NCBI GenBank assembly: GCA_002269645.1
Contig: NIVC01002600.1
Location: 62,001-126,000 of the forward strand
Origin: Macrostomum lignano
Taxonomy: Eukaryota
Reading direction: 5' to 3'
Length of the DNA: 64,000 nucleotides
In this document: in pieces, positions 47,846 through 63,059 of the stretch
How positions within the stretch are numbered: the first letter of the stretch is position 1
Layout of the letters: each line of letters opens with the position of its first letter
The notes under the pieces: generated by a model
What the model was told of the DNA's origin: nothing
Seen by the model: the letters and a program-made list of their open reading frames with translations, nothing else
Databases searched by the model: none
Program-made: the position numbers and the translations under genes

Positions 47846-49393
47846 TCTTTTTATAGTCACTTAGCCTTCTAATCCTCGTCTGGGCTCTCAGGCTCATTGT
47901 GCCTCATTTTATTTCATATTCAGTGGCAAACACTTTAAATCCGCTTTATATGCATTATATATAGCAAAGCTAGCCTATGCTTTCACTGTACGGATATGTT
48001 TAATTTCTCAGCTAGCTCTTTTATAGTCTTTGTGATTGTTTACTCTGTTGCTTTCTTTAATACGATATAAAGCTAGACTTAAATGCTTTGCTAGATATTG
48101 ATTTCCAGTTATATTGTTGCAATTCACTCATTTTTGCGCTTTCGTCTATTCACTCTCTCGTATTTACTAACAAGCCTTTTGCAATATACTAAACATTTTT
48201 GTATGCTATAGATGCTACTCATAATCAGTATTATCCAGTGTTCATGTTTTTTGTTTTTTATTTAGTCTGCGCTTCTACAGCTGGCATTCAATCGCTTCCA
48301 ATGTCTTCAGTTACTATTGGGAATAGATTATTGCTGTTCATTTAACAATTCTGATATTGTCTCTCAAATTGACTACATTATTTTCTTTTTAATGTTCATT
48401 TATATTGTTTTAAAATACACACGATAATGTTGAATGTTATTATTTATATTGCATAATTCTAATAATTAAATAGAATTAAATGTAGCTGCAAAGCTGACAG
48501 ATGATAGTTGTTCTTGACTTGATGCCATTTGTTTATAGAAAACAAAAATGGTCTATGGCAGTGATTAAGGTAGGTACATGTACCTGCATACCTGAATAGC
48601 TTCGCCCCCCTCCTCACACCAAGCTCTGAAGCTAACTGAAGGAAAAAGCTATTCATGTTTCCTAGTTATCGGAGTGTTAGTTCGACCAGCACCAAAAAAA
48701 CGCTGCACATTCTAGGCATTGTCTCATCCAAATATAGCCTTGCTTGCTCTGCTCAGAGACTTATCATTTATTCCTTGGTATAAATATACCAAATAAATAT
48801 ACCTTGGTATAATCCTTGGAAATATAATCAAGCTATGGAAGACTAAGCAAGCTTCCGGAGCAAACTGACTAGAATCGATAACCGTTTTTAGCATAGTCCT
48901 TCAAAAAGCAGTCTACTAGCCAAGACAGTACAGTTACATTGTATCGTATGTTGCTAAATAATTTCTGATCTACACTGGCTAGGCATGTTTGGTGAAAGTT
49001 GTGTAAAAATCAGTTTAGCCATCTGTTTTTTATAAAATCGACTACACGAAAGAAATATATAGGCACATCATAATAATTCATAGTATATTCAAGAACTATG
49101 CATATAATAACTCAAGTTTTTTTCGTTTTTGATTGGAGAAAGTTAATTATTCATATTGCAGCAAGCTCGTGATGATCTTAGCGCCCATTTGTTTTAACAG
49201 GTTCAGGATCAAGGACTCCCAGTAGCAAAATTTCAATATATCAATTTTCCCAGAAACCGACTCCTCGACAGTTCTGAGGAACCTTTTATTCTTTATGCTT
49301 TTATGAGTTTCTGCTACATGCAACAGGAAAGTAAATAATAAACTGGTGTGCGCTTGACTGAATTTTTCTGCCTAATAAATCTGAAAAAACATA

Positions 49394-52300
49394 ATGGCTC
49401 CAAGGAAGCTTACATTAGAGGAAGCAATTCATGATAGTCCCAAGGTAAGTCAAAGTGATTTTACTTTTGATTTTAGAAGCCATTTTTTATTTTATGACTT
49501 CATTCATGACTAATGATTTGAAGCTTATTGCATATTTTATAATAAATACAAATATGATCTTTTGGGCCATTCAGTAAATTTCATATGTGTTCCTTCATAA
49601 CATTTTACATTTGGCTACTGTTTTTATTTTTTAATGTTTCTTTTATAGTCAATATTGTCAATAATAAATTATGTTATCAATAGTGAGAGCTACCAACCGT
49701 TTTGGCATTTTTACACTGGTAAAGGTTGAATATACTAGAAATATGAAGGGCTGGCAACTTGGTTTTTGTTAGAGAGATGCACGATAGATAGTTATATCTT
49801 GTTTTTATATTTTGCATATATTTGCATTATTCTGGTCTAATGTAGCAACAAAAATTGCCAGAAATGGGAATCCCCCCTATTAGTCCTATTGATAACTTTT
49901 GTTTTTAAATTAGTTAACTGAGTAAGAAATTTATTGTAAGATTTGTATATTAAACAAAATATAGTTTATCTTAATTTTAAAAAATTATAAGCTAATATTT
50001 AACACTTTAAAATAGTTTAATAAATATTCAATGTTCTTTGTTTTGATTTATTAAATTTCATTTATAGGTTGTTAAACCTTTTGTGCTTAAGTGCAAGTTT
50101 AAAATAGATTTATTTAATAAATGGAGCTTTATTAGAAGTTAATTAGAAATTAGAAATTAATAGAAAATAATAGAACAACATAAATGAGCAAAATTACATA
50201 TGTAACAGGGGTGATTCTTCCTTCTTAATAATATCCCACTGTTGTTACCAAAAGCTGTCTCAGGGGTCTTAATTATTATTTTGTTTAGCCTTACTAGCTG
50301 CCACCAAGTTGTCAAAGGGCTAAACTAATTTTTTAAGTTGGTAGCTGCCACTAGGATTATCCTATTAATAAATTATGAGTTTATCAATCTTAGAATAATC
50401 CAAGAAATGTTTCTTAGAATAGATCTGAGTATATATCTTTAGTAGTTAGTCTGAGTATTTAGTCTGAGTATTTAGTCTGAGTATTTAGTCTGAGTATTTA
50501 GTCTGAGTATTTAGTCTGAGTATTTTGTTCTTAGAATATTATTTAGCCCTTACAATTGTTATCGTTCTCTTGTTATTCTGGTAGCATTTACTATTGTTCT
50601 GGTAGCATTTATTATTATTCTGGCCTGAGTGGTCTATTGGCTATACTGGTATATGTATTTCATGTACTTTGCAAGTCCTTGGGTGTTACTGAGATCAGAG
50701 GGTCACAGCCTCCGGTTATTCTTACACTTATTACTTAGGAACTACTTCGTATTCTCTTACTACTCAATGCTGCTGCTTCTCAATAGTATATACTGTATAC
50801 GCTTCAGTCTATTTCGCTTTTATGTCTGCAAATGAATGACTTGGAAAACGGCTCCTCTTATAATTATTCGTAACACTCCTTTCTTTATATGCTTACTCCT
50901 TTCATAGGAACTGCACGAAGGCAAGTTGCTCTCTCTCAGCCCAGATCACGTCTATTTATACTAAATTATTCCGTAGTTTTAAACAAAAATTAATTTGCGA
51001 AAATATTTTGGAAAACATATACATTATAACAAATCATTTGCTTAGTATTTTGGCACGAATTTAAAAGCATCAAATCGTAAAAATATAGATCGCCCTGCAC
51101 ACATAGAATCCTTGAGCACTTGAGAAAAGACCTAGAACAATTATCCTTAGTCATAAGCTAATAAAATTCTAACTAGTCTTAGTCTATGCAAAGAATTTTT
51201 ATTATTTTATATATTTGAATGGCCACTTTCTAAAAGAAATAATTTGAATTCCATTGTAGACTCAGTCAGTGCTTTCTATCTATGAAGAAGATGCACAAAT
51301 GCTTAGGCAATTTGCCTATGAATTTCATGGCTACTGCGAGAAAATCCAGGCTGCTCAACAGGCTTTGGCAGCTGCATCTCATGGACTGGCAGCTCTGATG
51401 AAGAAGTATGGTAGCATGGTATGCAAGCTTGATCATATTGATTTTTTTCACAGGATTTGACCTCGTTGCTTCTGTCTAAATTGCTAGAAAAAACTGATGG
51501 ACTTTTTCCTTTTTATTCCAGAAGTTTCCTATGGAGAAGAAGAATTCTTGTCTGGTAACAACTTTTCCTATGCTGGCCGATTATATTGAGGAGGTGAGCC
51601 TACCGAACTTGTTAATTAACTTTGAATCTGAGTTATGAGTTAAATGACTCAAAGAACTGAACTGTGTTGCATTAGGTCTAAGCAGTGTTGGATTGTGTCT
51701 AGCCGTGTTTTATATCTAAAATATGTTGAATTGGATCTCAAACGCGGTCAGTCACTCTAATAAAAACATTTTTCCAGATAGGAACCATGCACCAGGAGGT
51801 CGCCCGACAGATCTCCCAATCCATGATCAACCCCATTAGTCGGTTTATTACAGCCGATCTTGAAGGTCATTGATAACTTTTCATTTATAAGGAGTTTTGG
51901 CGTTTATTAAGCCATGCTTTTTGGTTTTAAAGCTTTAAACTTAATTTGTTTACATCTTGTTACAGTGGTTTTTAGAGCATATTTATCACATATAAAGAAG
52001 CAAGGATTTTCGGTGGCACACAATTATGTCACGACATATATTTATGCTTTTACATTTTTACAGATCTTAACTCATGACTCGTTTGTCTACTATTTAAGCA
52101 GTTGAAATGATAAAGATTTTGTTATTGCCTGATTTATTTAGCTTTCTATCGCTTCAATCAATTTGCAGAGCTGATGCAGCTCCAAAACCTATATGGACTT
52201 GTTAGTGATGGTGAGTTGATCCAAGTGTGCAGTGAATTTGCTTCATTTAATTTTGTTTTAGCAAAGTCAATATAATTAGACCGCAGCCACCCATATGAAC

Positions 52301-54784
52301 AACCACCACCTCAAGGAACAACCACCACCACACGGAACAACCACCACCACCCCAGAACCGCCACCAACCCACCACCTCACAGAACCACCACCTCAGAACA
52401 ACCCACCACCTCAGAACAACCCACCACCTCACGGAACAAACCACCACCACCACACAGAACAACCCACCACCTCACGGAACAAACCACCACCACCACCTCA
52501 GAACAACCCACCACCTCACGGAACAAACCACCACCACCACACAGAACAACCCACCACCTCACGGAACAATCACCACCACCCCAGAACCGCCACCAACCCA
52601 CCACCACACAGAACAACCACCACCACCCCAGAACAACCCACCACCTCACGGAACAACCACCACCTCACAGAACAACCCACCACCTCACGGAACAACCACC
52701 ACCTCACGGAACAATCCTACCTCACAGAACAACCACCATCTCACGGAACAATCCTACCTCACAGAACAACCACCATCTCACGGAACAATCCTACCTCACA
52801 GAACAACCACCATCTCACGGAACAATCCTACCTCACAGAACAACCACCATCTCACGGAACAATCCTACCTCACAGAACAGCCACCATCTCACGGAACAAT
52901 CCTACCTCACAGAACAACCACCATCTCACGGAACAACCACCACCCCTTAGAACAACCACCACCACACAGAACAACCCACCACCTCACAGAACAACCCACC
53001 ACCTCACAGAACAACCCACCACCTCACAGAACAACCCACCACCCCACAGAACAACCCACCACCTCACAGAACAACCCACCACCACACAGAACAACCACCA
53101 CCTCACAGAACAACCCACCACCTCACAGAACAACCCACCACCTCACAGAACAACCCACCACCACACAGAACAACCACCACCTCACAGAACAACCCACCAC
53201 CTCACAGAACAACCCACCACCCCATGAAAAGCTACCATCGCACAGAACAGCCACAGAGCAGTCAATCAATTCGAAAACCGACCTTATTGCAGAGCACGAG
53301 CAATCAACTCAGCGCTACGCCAAACTGTCAACCAGATGCAGCGAACAGGCCAGACGCGAAGCTATTGACGAAGTTTATCACATGCGCAAGAAGTTGCACA
53401 GGGTAAGCCATGGGCCTGTCTGATGCACACACGAAAAGCTAACCCTAACCCTAACCCTAACCCGCAGACTGCGCTTCACTATTTCTCGTCAATGAATCTG
53501 GTGCAGCAGCGCCGCCAGCTGGCCTTCCTGGAGCCCCTGGCCGGGCATCTGCAGGCCCATCTGCGCCTGTTCAGGCTGGCCAATGAGTTTGCTGATAAGC
53601 GCGACTTGGATACGCTTAGCGGCAACGCCAGAGGCCTGTTGCTATGGTAACTGTTGCCGGTCGATTGGCTGCGATTAGACAAGCAGTCGTGCACATGCTA
53701 GTTAGAAAATTGGCTAGGTTAGCTACCTTGCACGTGTGCAGACCCACGATCATGAGGACCAGCTACCCTAGACACAGAGAATGTACATCACATGCCTGAT
53801 AATTAGGAAGTCAGCGGAATTGGCATGACTAGCGGCAACTCAGATATTAGCAACTGTATATACTGGGAACTCCAGAGTTAACCATGTCACAGTTTAGATT
53901 AGCAAACCTGGGTCTGCGAAACATTGAGGCCTGCGAGACCAAAAATCCCTCTAGAGAACAGAACTGTCCAAAGTAAGCTCTGTTTGCGTACGAGTCTTAA
54001 CTCCCGTTACGTCGAAGCATATTTTTATTCATTTTCATTATAAACATGATATGATAAACATGGCAATACATGACTTTATTCCGGATCGCACGCAGCCTGC
54101 AGCGCGAGTTCGACCTCGAACGAGCCGGCACAGCGGCTTCGGTGGCGCGGCTCGAGTCCGCTTATCCCGACGCCGTCTTTCTGCCGGACGACTTCGAAAC
54201 CGTTCAGGCCGGATCTCCGGCGGCGGGGCAGCCGGTGCGGCTGCGATCTCGCCGAGTCCGCGGCTACCTGATGCACCGGTGTCGGCCTGGCGATGTTGGC
54301 GGCGTCGGGCCGGCCCGCTGGGAGCGGCTGCACTGTGCGCTGCGCAGCGGCGGCCGGCTGCAGATTGAGGCCAGACGACGGCCGAGTCGGCCGATCGCCA
54401 TTCACCTACGCGGCGATGGTGGACCGGACTGCGCCGCTTCGGCTGCCCCCGCCGAGCTGGACGACAGGCGCAACGTGTTCATTGTGACCGTGCCGGATGT
54501 GGGGTGGGTTGCCTGGCTTGCACTGCCGCTGTGCTGCACCAGCTTGTTACTCATGCACTGAGGCTGTGGGGGTAGGGGGTGGCTAGTTAGTTAGTTAGTC
54601 AGTATGTTATTTAGTTAGTTAGTCAGTAAGTTATTTAGTTATTTAGTTAGTTAGTTAGTTATTTATTTAGTTAGTCAGTAAGTTATTTAGTTATTTAGTT
54701 AGTTAGTTAGTTAGTTAGTTATTTATTTAGTTAGTCAGTAAGTTATTTAGTTAGTTAGTTAGTTAGTTTTTTAGTTAGTCAGTA

Positions 54785-54837
<53 letters not shown>

Positions 54838-54852
54838 TTTAGTTAGTCAGTA

Positions 54853-54917
<65 letters not shown>

Positions 54918-54932
54918 TTTAGTTAGTCAGTA

Positions 54933-55002
<70 letters not shown>

Positions 55003-56372
55003 CTACATGTAGTTAGTTAGTTAGTTAGTTAGTTAGTTATTTAGTTAATTAGTTAGTTGGTTAATTAGTTGGCTAGCTGGTTAGTTGGCCATTTATCAAA
55101 AAAGCAAATCGTTGATCTTCCCGCCAGGCCGCTGATTCTGCAAGCCGAAAACGCTCGCCAGCGCAGCGAATGGATTGCCGCCATAGCGGAGGCCGCTAAC
55201 GCCGCTGAGGGCGGTGAGGACGTCGACAGCGATGAAGACGACAATGAGGCACGGGTTCGGGACGCCTCCAAGGAGGACGAAACCGATGAGGAGGACGAGG
55301 CTGCCAATGACGACCCGCCGCTGTGGCTGGACGAAGCCTCGGAGCAGCGGTCGTCGATGGCGCTGGCGCTCGGCGCGAATGACTCCGCCGAAGCCGACAG
55401 CGTCGGCAGCTGCGTGGCCGGGGCCGCATTCTCCCGCCAGTTTCCGGCCCAGCTGGTCGGCCGCTGCCGGACAAAGCCGGACGCCGTCGTGGATTCGGTT
55501 CTAGCCGCCGCTGCTTCGTCTTCGTCGACATCCGAGCAGCAGCAGCAGCAGCAGGTGCTGCTGACGGTGTCAGAGCTGGGCGTCTGGCTGGTGGAGCCGG
55601 GCAGTCGGCTCATCCGGTGCCGCCTGCCGCTGAGCCGCGCCCGGATCTGGCCGGCCAGCAGGCGGCTCTTCGGCCTGACTGCGGCGGCCGCCGGGTGTCG
55701 GCGCGTTGACTGCTTGGCGCTGCGTCTGGCGCCGGAGCAGAGCGGCGCCGATTGCGCCTTCACGACCGAGTCTGTCCTGGCCGCGGTCAGCGCCGCCGCC
55801 AGGAGCGCGGAGCTGGCGCACGAGAGGGAGACGGTGGGTTGCAATCAATGCTTCTCTTCGTTATCGATGCTTATTTATCAGATATCGATGATCAATTAAT
55901 TATCGATGATTATCAGTTAATTGTCTATTATCATCAATTAAGTATTGATAATTATTCATAGAATATCAATAATTATTCATAGAATATCAATAATTATTCA
56001 TTAGGTATCTATTATTATCTATCAGTTATAGATGCCACTATCCATGTTATTTAGGCCTACATCAATCCACTACTGCACCAGTGGTCATCGGATTCACGAC
56101 TAAAAAGGTCGGGGGTTCGAATCCCGACCCACTCGGAACAAATGTGTGGTCCTTATCAAGGAATATTCGCTGCTCCCAGACCGCTCTTACGCCCCACCTC
56201 AATCATCCCTTCGCAGGCGCTGCTGCTGTCCAACATCGGTCGCCTGCCTGACGCGTCGCCACCAACGCCGGCGGCTGGCGAGGATTCAGCGACCGACAAA
56301 ATGAACAACAAGAGTGAGTCGAGAGATTCAGTCTCAGAGGATGACGGAGAATTCGTCGAGTCGTTGGCTTGA
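49394..56372 (+). CDS. APPL1: APPL/DIP13 adaptor (BAR-PH-PTB), 10 exons, ~656 aa
   Basis: Exons 49394-49444, 51260-51418, 51522-51593, 51778-51865, 52169-52210, 53293-53402, 53468-53646, 54096-54503, 55128-55833, 56217-56372 (1971 nt, phases consistent). Motifs: KLTLEEAIHDSPK/TQSVLSIYEEDA, HYFSSMNLVQQRRQLAFLEPLAG (BAR), DDRRNVF...LILQAENARQRSEWI (PH), FPAQLVG...LLTVSELGVWLVEP (PTB). Ends ESLA*, a PDZ-ligand-like tail. Confidence 0.9.
50290..51100 (+). repeat. Dispersed ~0.8 kb repeat, copy B, in APPL intron 1
   Basis: Homologous to the reverse complement of 31998-32720; contains a small (AGTCTGAGTATTT)n expansion. Confidence 0.8.
52297..53225. repeat. CA-rich compound minisatellite in APPL intron 5
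   Basis: CAGAACAACCCACCACCTCA-type units. Confidence 0.92.
54585..55085. repeat. (TAGT)n microsatellite in APPL intron 8
   Basis: Directly visible. Confidence 0.95.
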
Positions 56373-57494
56373 ATTTTAAGAGTACAACTTACAGCAAAAA
56401 TGAACATCCCATAGCATTGGACTCAACTTTTGAATTTTTATTTTCTTAGCCAAGAATTGCGACAGATACGTAGCGTCTACTTTAAGTAGTGTACTTACAT
56501 GTACTTGGTGATATGTGCATCATCTATATACTTCTTATTTGTAGAGATTCTCCAAAATTAATAGTGTAATTGTTTTTTCTCGTGATCTTGTCAGGTTTCC
56601 AGTACATAAAAGTACATAGCTTTACTTTAAAACTACTAACAGTAGCCAGCAATAATAAATAAACTGACAAGGCAAGTCAAAAGTCGGGCACAATGTCTGA
56701 TAGCTTCTCTTGTAATAGTTTTTTAATGGACTATAAATAACCGAATACACGGGTCTTGAAGTCGAGCAAATGTTTTCATATTTTCTTGAACATTTATTGT
56801 GATAATAATTAGTAATATTTATTGTAGTAGTATTAAATATTATTATATTAATATGCTTCGGACTGCGCGGTGTTAAAATTTGAAAAAATAAGTTAGTGAT
56901 AACGGTTATATTGCAGAGGTTACTGATCTGTTGAGAAACACACTCAGGCAGTACAGTTCAACTTTCAGCTTGCTAATTGGTGTTAATTAATAATGCTCAG
57001 ATTACAGCTTTTAATTTAATAAGAAAACGGGTCAACAAGGACAAATCCTGGGACTCGGACAGGAGTGTGCAGAGCCTGACTGCATCAATAATAACAATAA
57101 TAATAATAGTAAATTTAATACATGATTAGTAGAGAAGCACAGATGACTAATGACATATATAGATCGGATGCACGTCAGTCACCTTTCCCGCTGTTGAAGT
57201 CGAAGGGGGGGTGGCTGAACACTAAACTGAGCTACTCAAGTCCGCTCAGCAACACGTCACGAGAGACGAATCGAGAGAAGCAAACAGAAGGAGAAAAACC
57301 AAGAGCTTCAATACAGCGCTGATTAACAAACTTTGCGGACAAAAAAAACAGAACTGCGTGTAAAGCGGGGACGAAGCGGCCTTTGTAGAAATGTGTTTAA
57401 TAATAAACATGTACTCGCTTTTGGACCAGAACACACCGATGGAAAAGCAACAGCACAGGCTACCAAGCAGTGATATAATCATCATTTTTAAGAG

Positions 57495-57800
57495 TTAATC
57501 TCAACACTAATTATTTGCAATGATCACTCCATAAAAATGATTATCCAGCGATTATCACTCTATGAAAATGATTATTCAGTGATAATCACTCCATTAAAAT
57601 GATTATCCAGCGACAATCACTCTATGAAAATGATTTTTCAGTGATAATCACTCTATAAAAATGATTATCCAGCGACAATCACTCTATGAAAATAATTATT
57701 CAGCGATAATCACTCTATGAAAATGATTATTCAGTGATAATCACTCTATGAAAATGATTATTCAGTGATAATCACTCTATGAAAATGATTATCCAGCGAC
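57495..57800. repeat. ~31-bp minisatellite
   Basis: GATAATCACTCTATGAAAATGATTATTCAGT units. Confidence 0.9.
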
Positions 57801-59209
57801 AATCCCTCTATGGACGACAATCCAGCGATAATAAAGATGATTATCCAAGAAGCCTTACAAGATGGTTATGCAGTAAATCCCAAAGTTTCAACTGCTTGAC
57901 CCACTGCCCCACAAACAGAATGTTTGTGTACAGGGGCCAGTGCGAGGTTTACAGAGAGACACAAGAAGTGAAATTTTGGCCTTAAAAAAGCGAAGAGAAG
58001 AGAACTATTAATAGAAAATCGTAGCAGTTTTACGTAAGTTAGGACTAATAAATAGAGAATTATTTTAATATTTAGGAGAGATAATTAATTATTACAAGCG
58101 CAACGGCGAAGGCGGGGCGATTAAAATTGGTAAATAAAACAGAACGCACAAGAATTTCATTGCATAGTTTAACACAATCGTATTAATAATAACAAACTTA
58201 TAGTGCGCTCAGCAAGAAAGCAGATAGATAAACAACAACAGGACGCGGCACAGGGGAGGCAGCAGGGCATGACGGAGCAGATGACCCAGCGGGCTTGGAT
58301 AACAGAGTCAAAGCAATCTTGCAAGCAAAAAAGACAGACGATAGAGCTACAGATACTGACTAGCAAGTTTAAGGCCAGCACTATACGCTTGCTGGTTTTA
58401 TCTATATTAGTTGTTTGAATGAAATTTCTCTCTTCTATGCCTTAATATTCTATCAATTTTCTATGGATATCATCATAGTACTAATAGTAAGGAGTATTAT
58501 AATAACAAACTATTTTTTACTTGTTTATAATCGCTAAACAAAGGTCGTACAAAAATTTGTATACGGCAGTTAGAAATAACAATAACTAATAAATATATAT
58601 ATAATGACAAAGGTGTTAATTGTTTGATCAAAGGACGGGGGAGGGCCCGAATACGAATTTAAACACAAGTCTTGATTGAAACAAAGAGCTAGCATTACAT
58701 AGCGATTACATTAACGACTGTCGACTTGAAATAAGCAGGTAATATTTAATATATATAGGTAGTCATAGTCATAGAGTTAAATGTATATATATATAGAAGC
58801 GCGTGCAAAATCATATGCAATAACATATAGGCAGGTCCGGAGGGTGTCACTCTGTGTGTGCGTGTGTCTTGAAGATCTGGTTAGTCTCTAAGTCCAGGTG
58901 AGGAGAGGGCCTGAGACACAGAGATAGAGAGATAGAGATATGAATTTGCAGTAGGAGCTGCATTTAGAGTTTGAGACACAGTGGGAGCACAAAAGCAGCA
59001 ATGACACAATGGCCAAAGCCCATTGCCCGCATAATTGAAGGCCTGCCAGTTGGGGAGCGGGTCTCAGGACCGAAGGGCAGCTGGGTGGACGAACGCACAA
59101 AAGCAAAAAAATGTAAAAAAAAACATGTGAAGAAGTCGAGAGGCTCCATCAAATAATTTCCCCTCCCCATCCCCAGGCTGATGTTCTCCCGAAATTAGCC
59201 CGGTTCAGC

Positions 59210-61099
<1,890 letters not shown>

Positions 61100-61259
61100 C
61101 TGCAATGCAAAAATGAATAGGAAGAGTCAATAAATTTTGGCAAATAATAGACTATGCAGCATACTCACATAGCCTTATTACTTCCCTCCCATTGATGCAT
61201 AATACGAAAAGTTATAGCCAATAAAATAGACCCCCAGTCTGAAAAAGTATAAATATTGT

Positions 61260-61748
61260 ACAGTCAGTCAGTCCCTCAGTCAGTCAGTCAGTCACCCACT
61301 CACTCAAGTCAGTCAGTCCCTCAGTCAGTCAGTCAGTCACCCACTCACTCACTCAAGTCAGTCAGTCAGTCAGTCAGTCAGTCAGTCAGTCAGTCAGTCA
61401 GTCAGTCAGTCAGTCAGTCAGTCAGTCAGTCAGTCAGTCAGTCAGTCAGTCAGTCAGTCAGTCAGTCAGTCAGTCAGTCAGTCAGTCAGTCAGTCAGTCA
61501 GTCAGTCAGTCAGTCAGTCAGTCAGTCAGTCAGTCAGTCAGTCAGTCAGTCAGTCAGTCAGTCAGTCAGTCAGTCAGTCAGTCAGTCAGTCAGTCAGTCA
61601 GTCAGTCAGTCAGTCAGTCAGTCAGTCAGTCAGTCAGTCAGTCAGTCAGTCAGTCAGTCAGTCAGTCAGTCAGTCAGTCAGTCAGTCAGTCAGTCAGTCA
61701 GTCAGTCAGTCAGTCAGTCAGTCAGTCAGTCAGTCAGTCGGTCAGTCA
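61260..61748. repeat. (CAGT)n microsatellite
   Basis: Directly visible. Confidence 0.96.
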
Positions 61749-63059
61749 AGTTCTTCATCATCTAGTATCCTTAGCCTTAGCTTAGGCCTAGTATTTTACC
61801 ACTCTCTGTTGAGGTCCAAATAACACAGAGGGATATCTAAAAATAGGTCATTACGCATGCTCATGAGAGAGCGAGAGGAGACGAAGACAGACCAGCAGAG
61901 TAAAAAATGGTGGCTGAGCAAGCGAAGAGATGAGCTCCCCTCTATCCCTGCGAAACGAATCCCGCCATAGGAGTCCAACCGTGCGCAGTGTCTTCTTCCC
62001 CCCAGAGACTGGGCGCATACCCACTCGATTTCCCAGTCAAGCAGTCCTAGCTCCCCTCTCTTGATACCCCGACGACTGTACTAGCAGGCCCTCGTCCTCT
62101 CATTTCGATTCCTATTCGTCTTAAAATATATTTTCGCATTCGCCTTGCTCAGCTCTGCCCGAGGACAGCAGCGACTTGTGTATCCCCCTCAGAGAGTACT
62201 CCCTCCCTCTCCCCGACTCCCAAAGTAAGTCGCATCTCTTTCTTATCCCCTTGCTCGCTCGCTCTGCCTCTTGTGCCCCTCCCCCGGCCTCCTCCTCCTC
62301 TCACGCCATTTTAGCTTCCCAGATCCCAAGCCTGCCCGGGGGAGCCTCCAGATATAGTAGTAGTATATAGCATAGTAGTGTATAAGCTAGAGGCTATTTG
62401 GCCACAGTGTGAAAGAAGCGGAGACGGCTGGGCGAGAGCGGAGGGAGGGAGTAGGATCGGCGTCAACAAGGCAGCCTTTCCTACCCTTTGGTCTCTCTCT
62501 CTCTCTCCTTTGCTCCTCTCGCTAATGCTCAGCAGCATCTCTTCGCGCCGACAAAAAATCCCCCCCTTGGTTGCCAAGGACGAAACGGGGAATATAGGTA
62601 AAGGGGAGTTTTTGGGGATGCGCACGAGAGTGCTAGCAGAAGAGGAAAAGAGCTCTCTGGGTTGAGCTGAGAAGAATTGGTCTTAGAAAAAATGAACAGT
62701 GGACCGATATGTGTACTATATGACATGCTGCTCAACCTCCGAGCCGCTGTTTGCTTTGCCTATAGTGTTGCAATATGCTGTGTCTATACGCTAACGGACA
62801 AGGCACCCACGGCTGACAAGGGGAGAGAGTTTAGCGAAATCCGATAGTATGGAGGCTGGCATCTGAGCAAAGGGGACCTGAGTTTGAGGATTAAGTTAGC
62901 CAGGAACAATGGTCTCCTCGCAATTCGAGGCGCCGGGAACTCTGTTTGCGCATGCAGACAATGCAGTTCAGATGTCTTGGCGACAGTGTAAGCACTAGGT
63001 TTTTTGGAGGGGGCAGCTCAGACAGTGATCCGATCTGAGAGCGATTTTTACTGGCACAT

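Noticed and set aside
52295-53227. 310-aa Pro/His/Thr-rich ORF
   Set aside because: Lies wholly inside APPL intron 5 and is a translation of a CA-rich minisatellite.
55065-55844. 259-aa antisense ORF (also the antisense ORFs over UBE2O, NLE1 and JIP1 exons)
   Set aside because: Shadow ORFs of GC-rich coding exons.
61256-61765. 169-aa SQSV-repeat ORF
   Set aside because: (CAGT)n microsatellite in a GNB intron.
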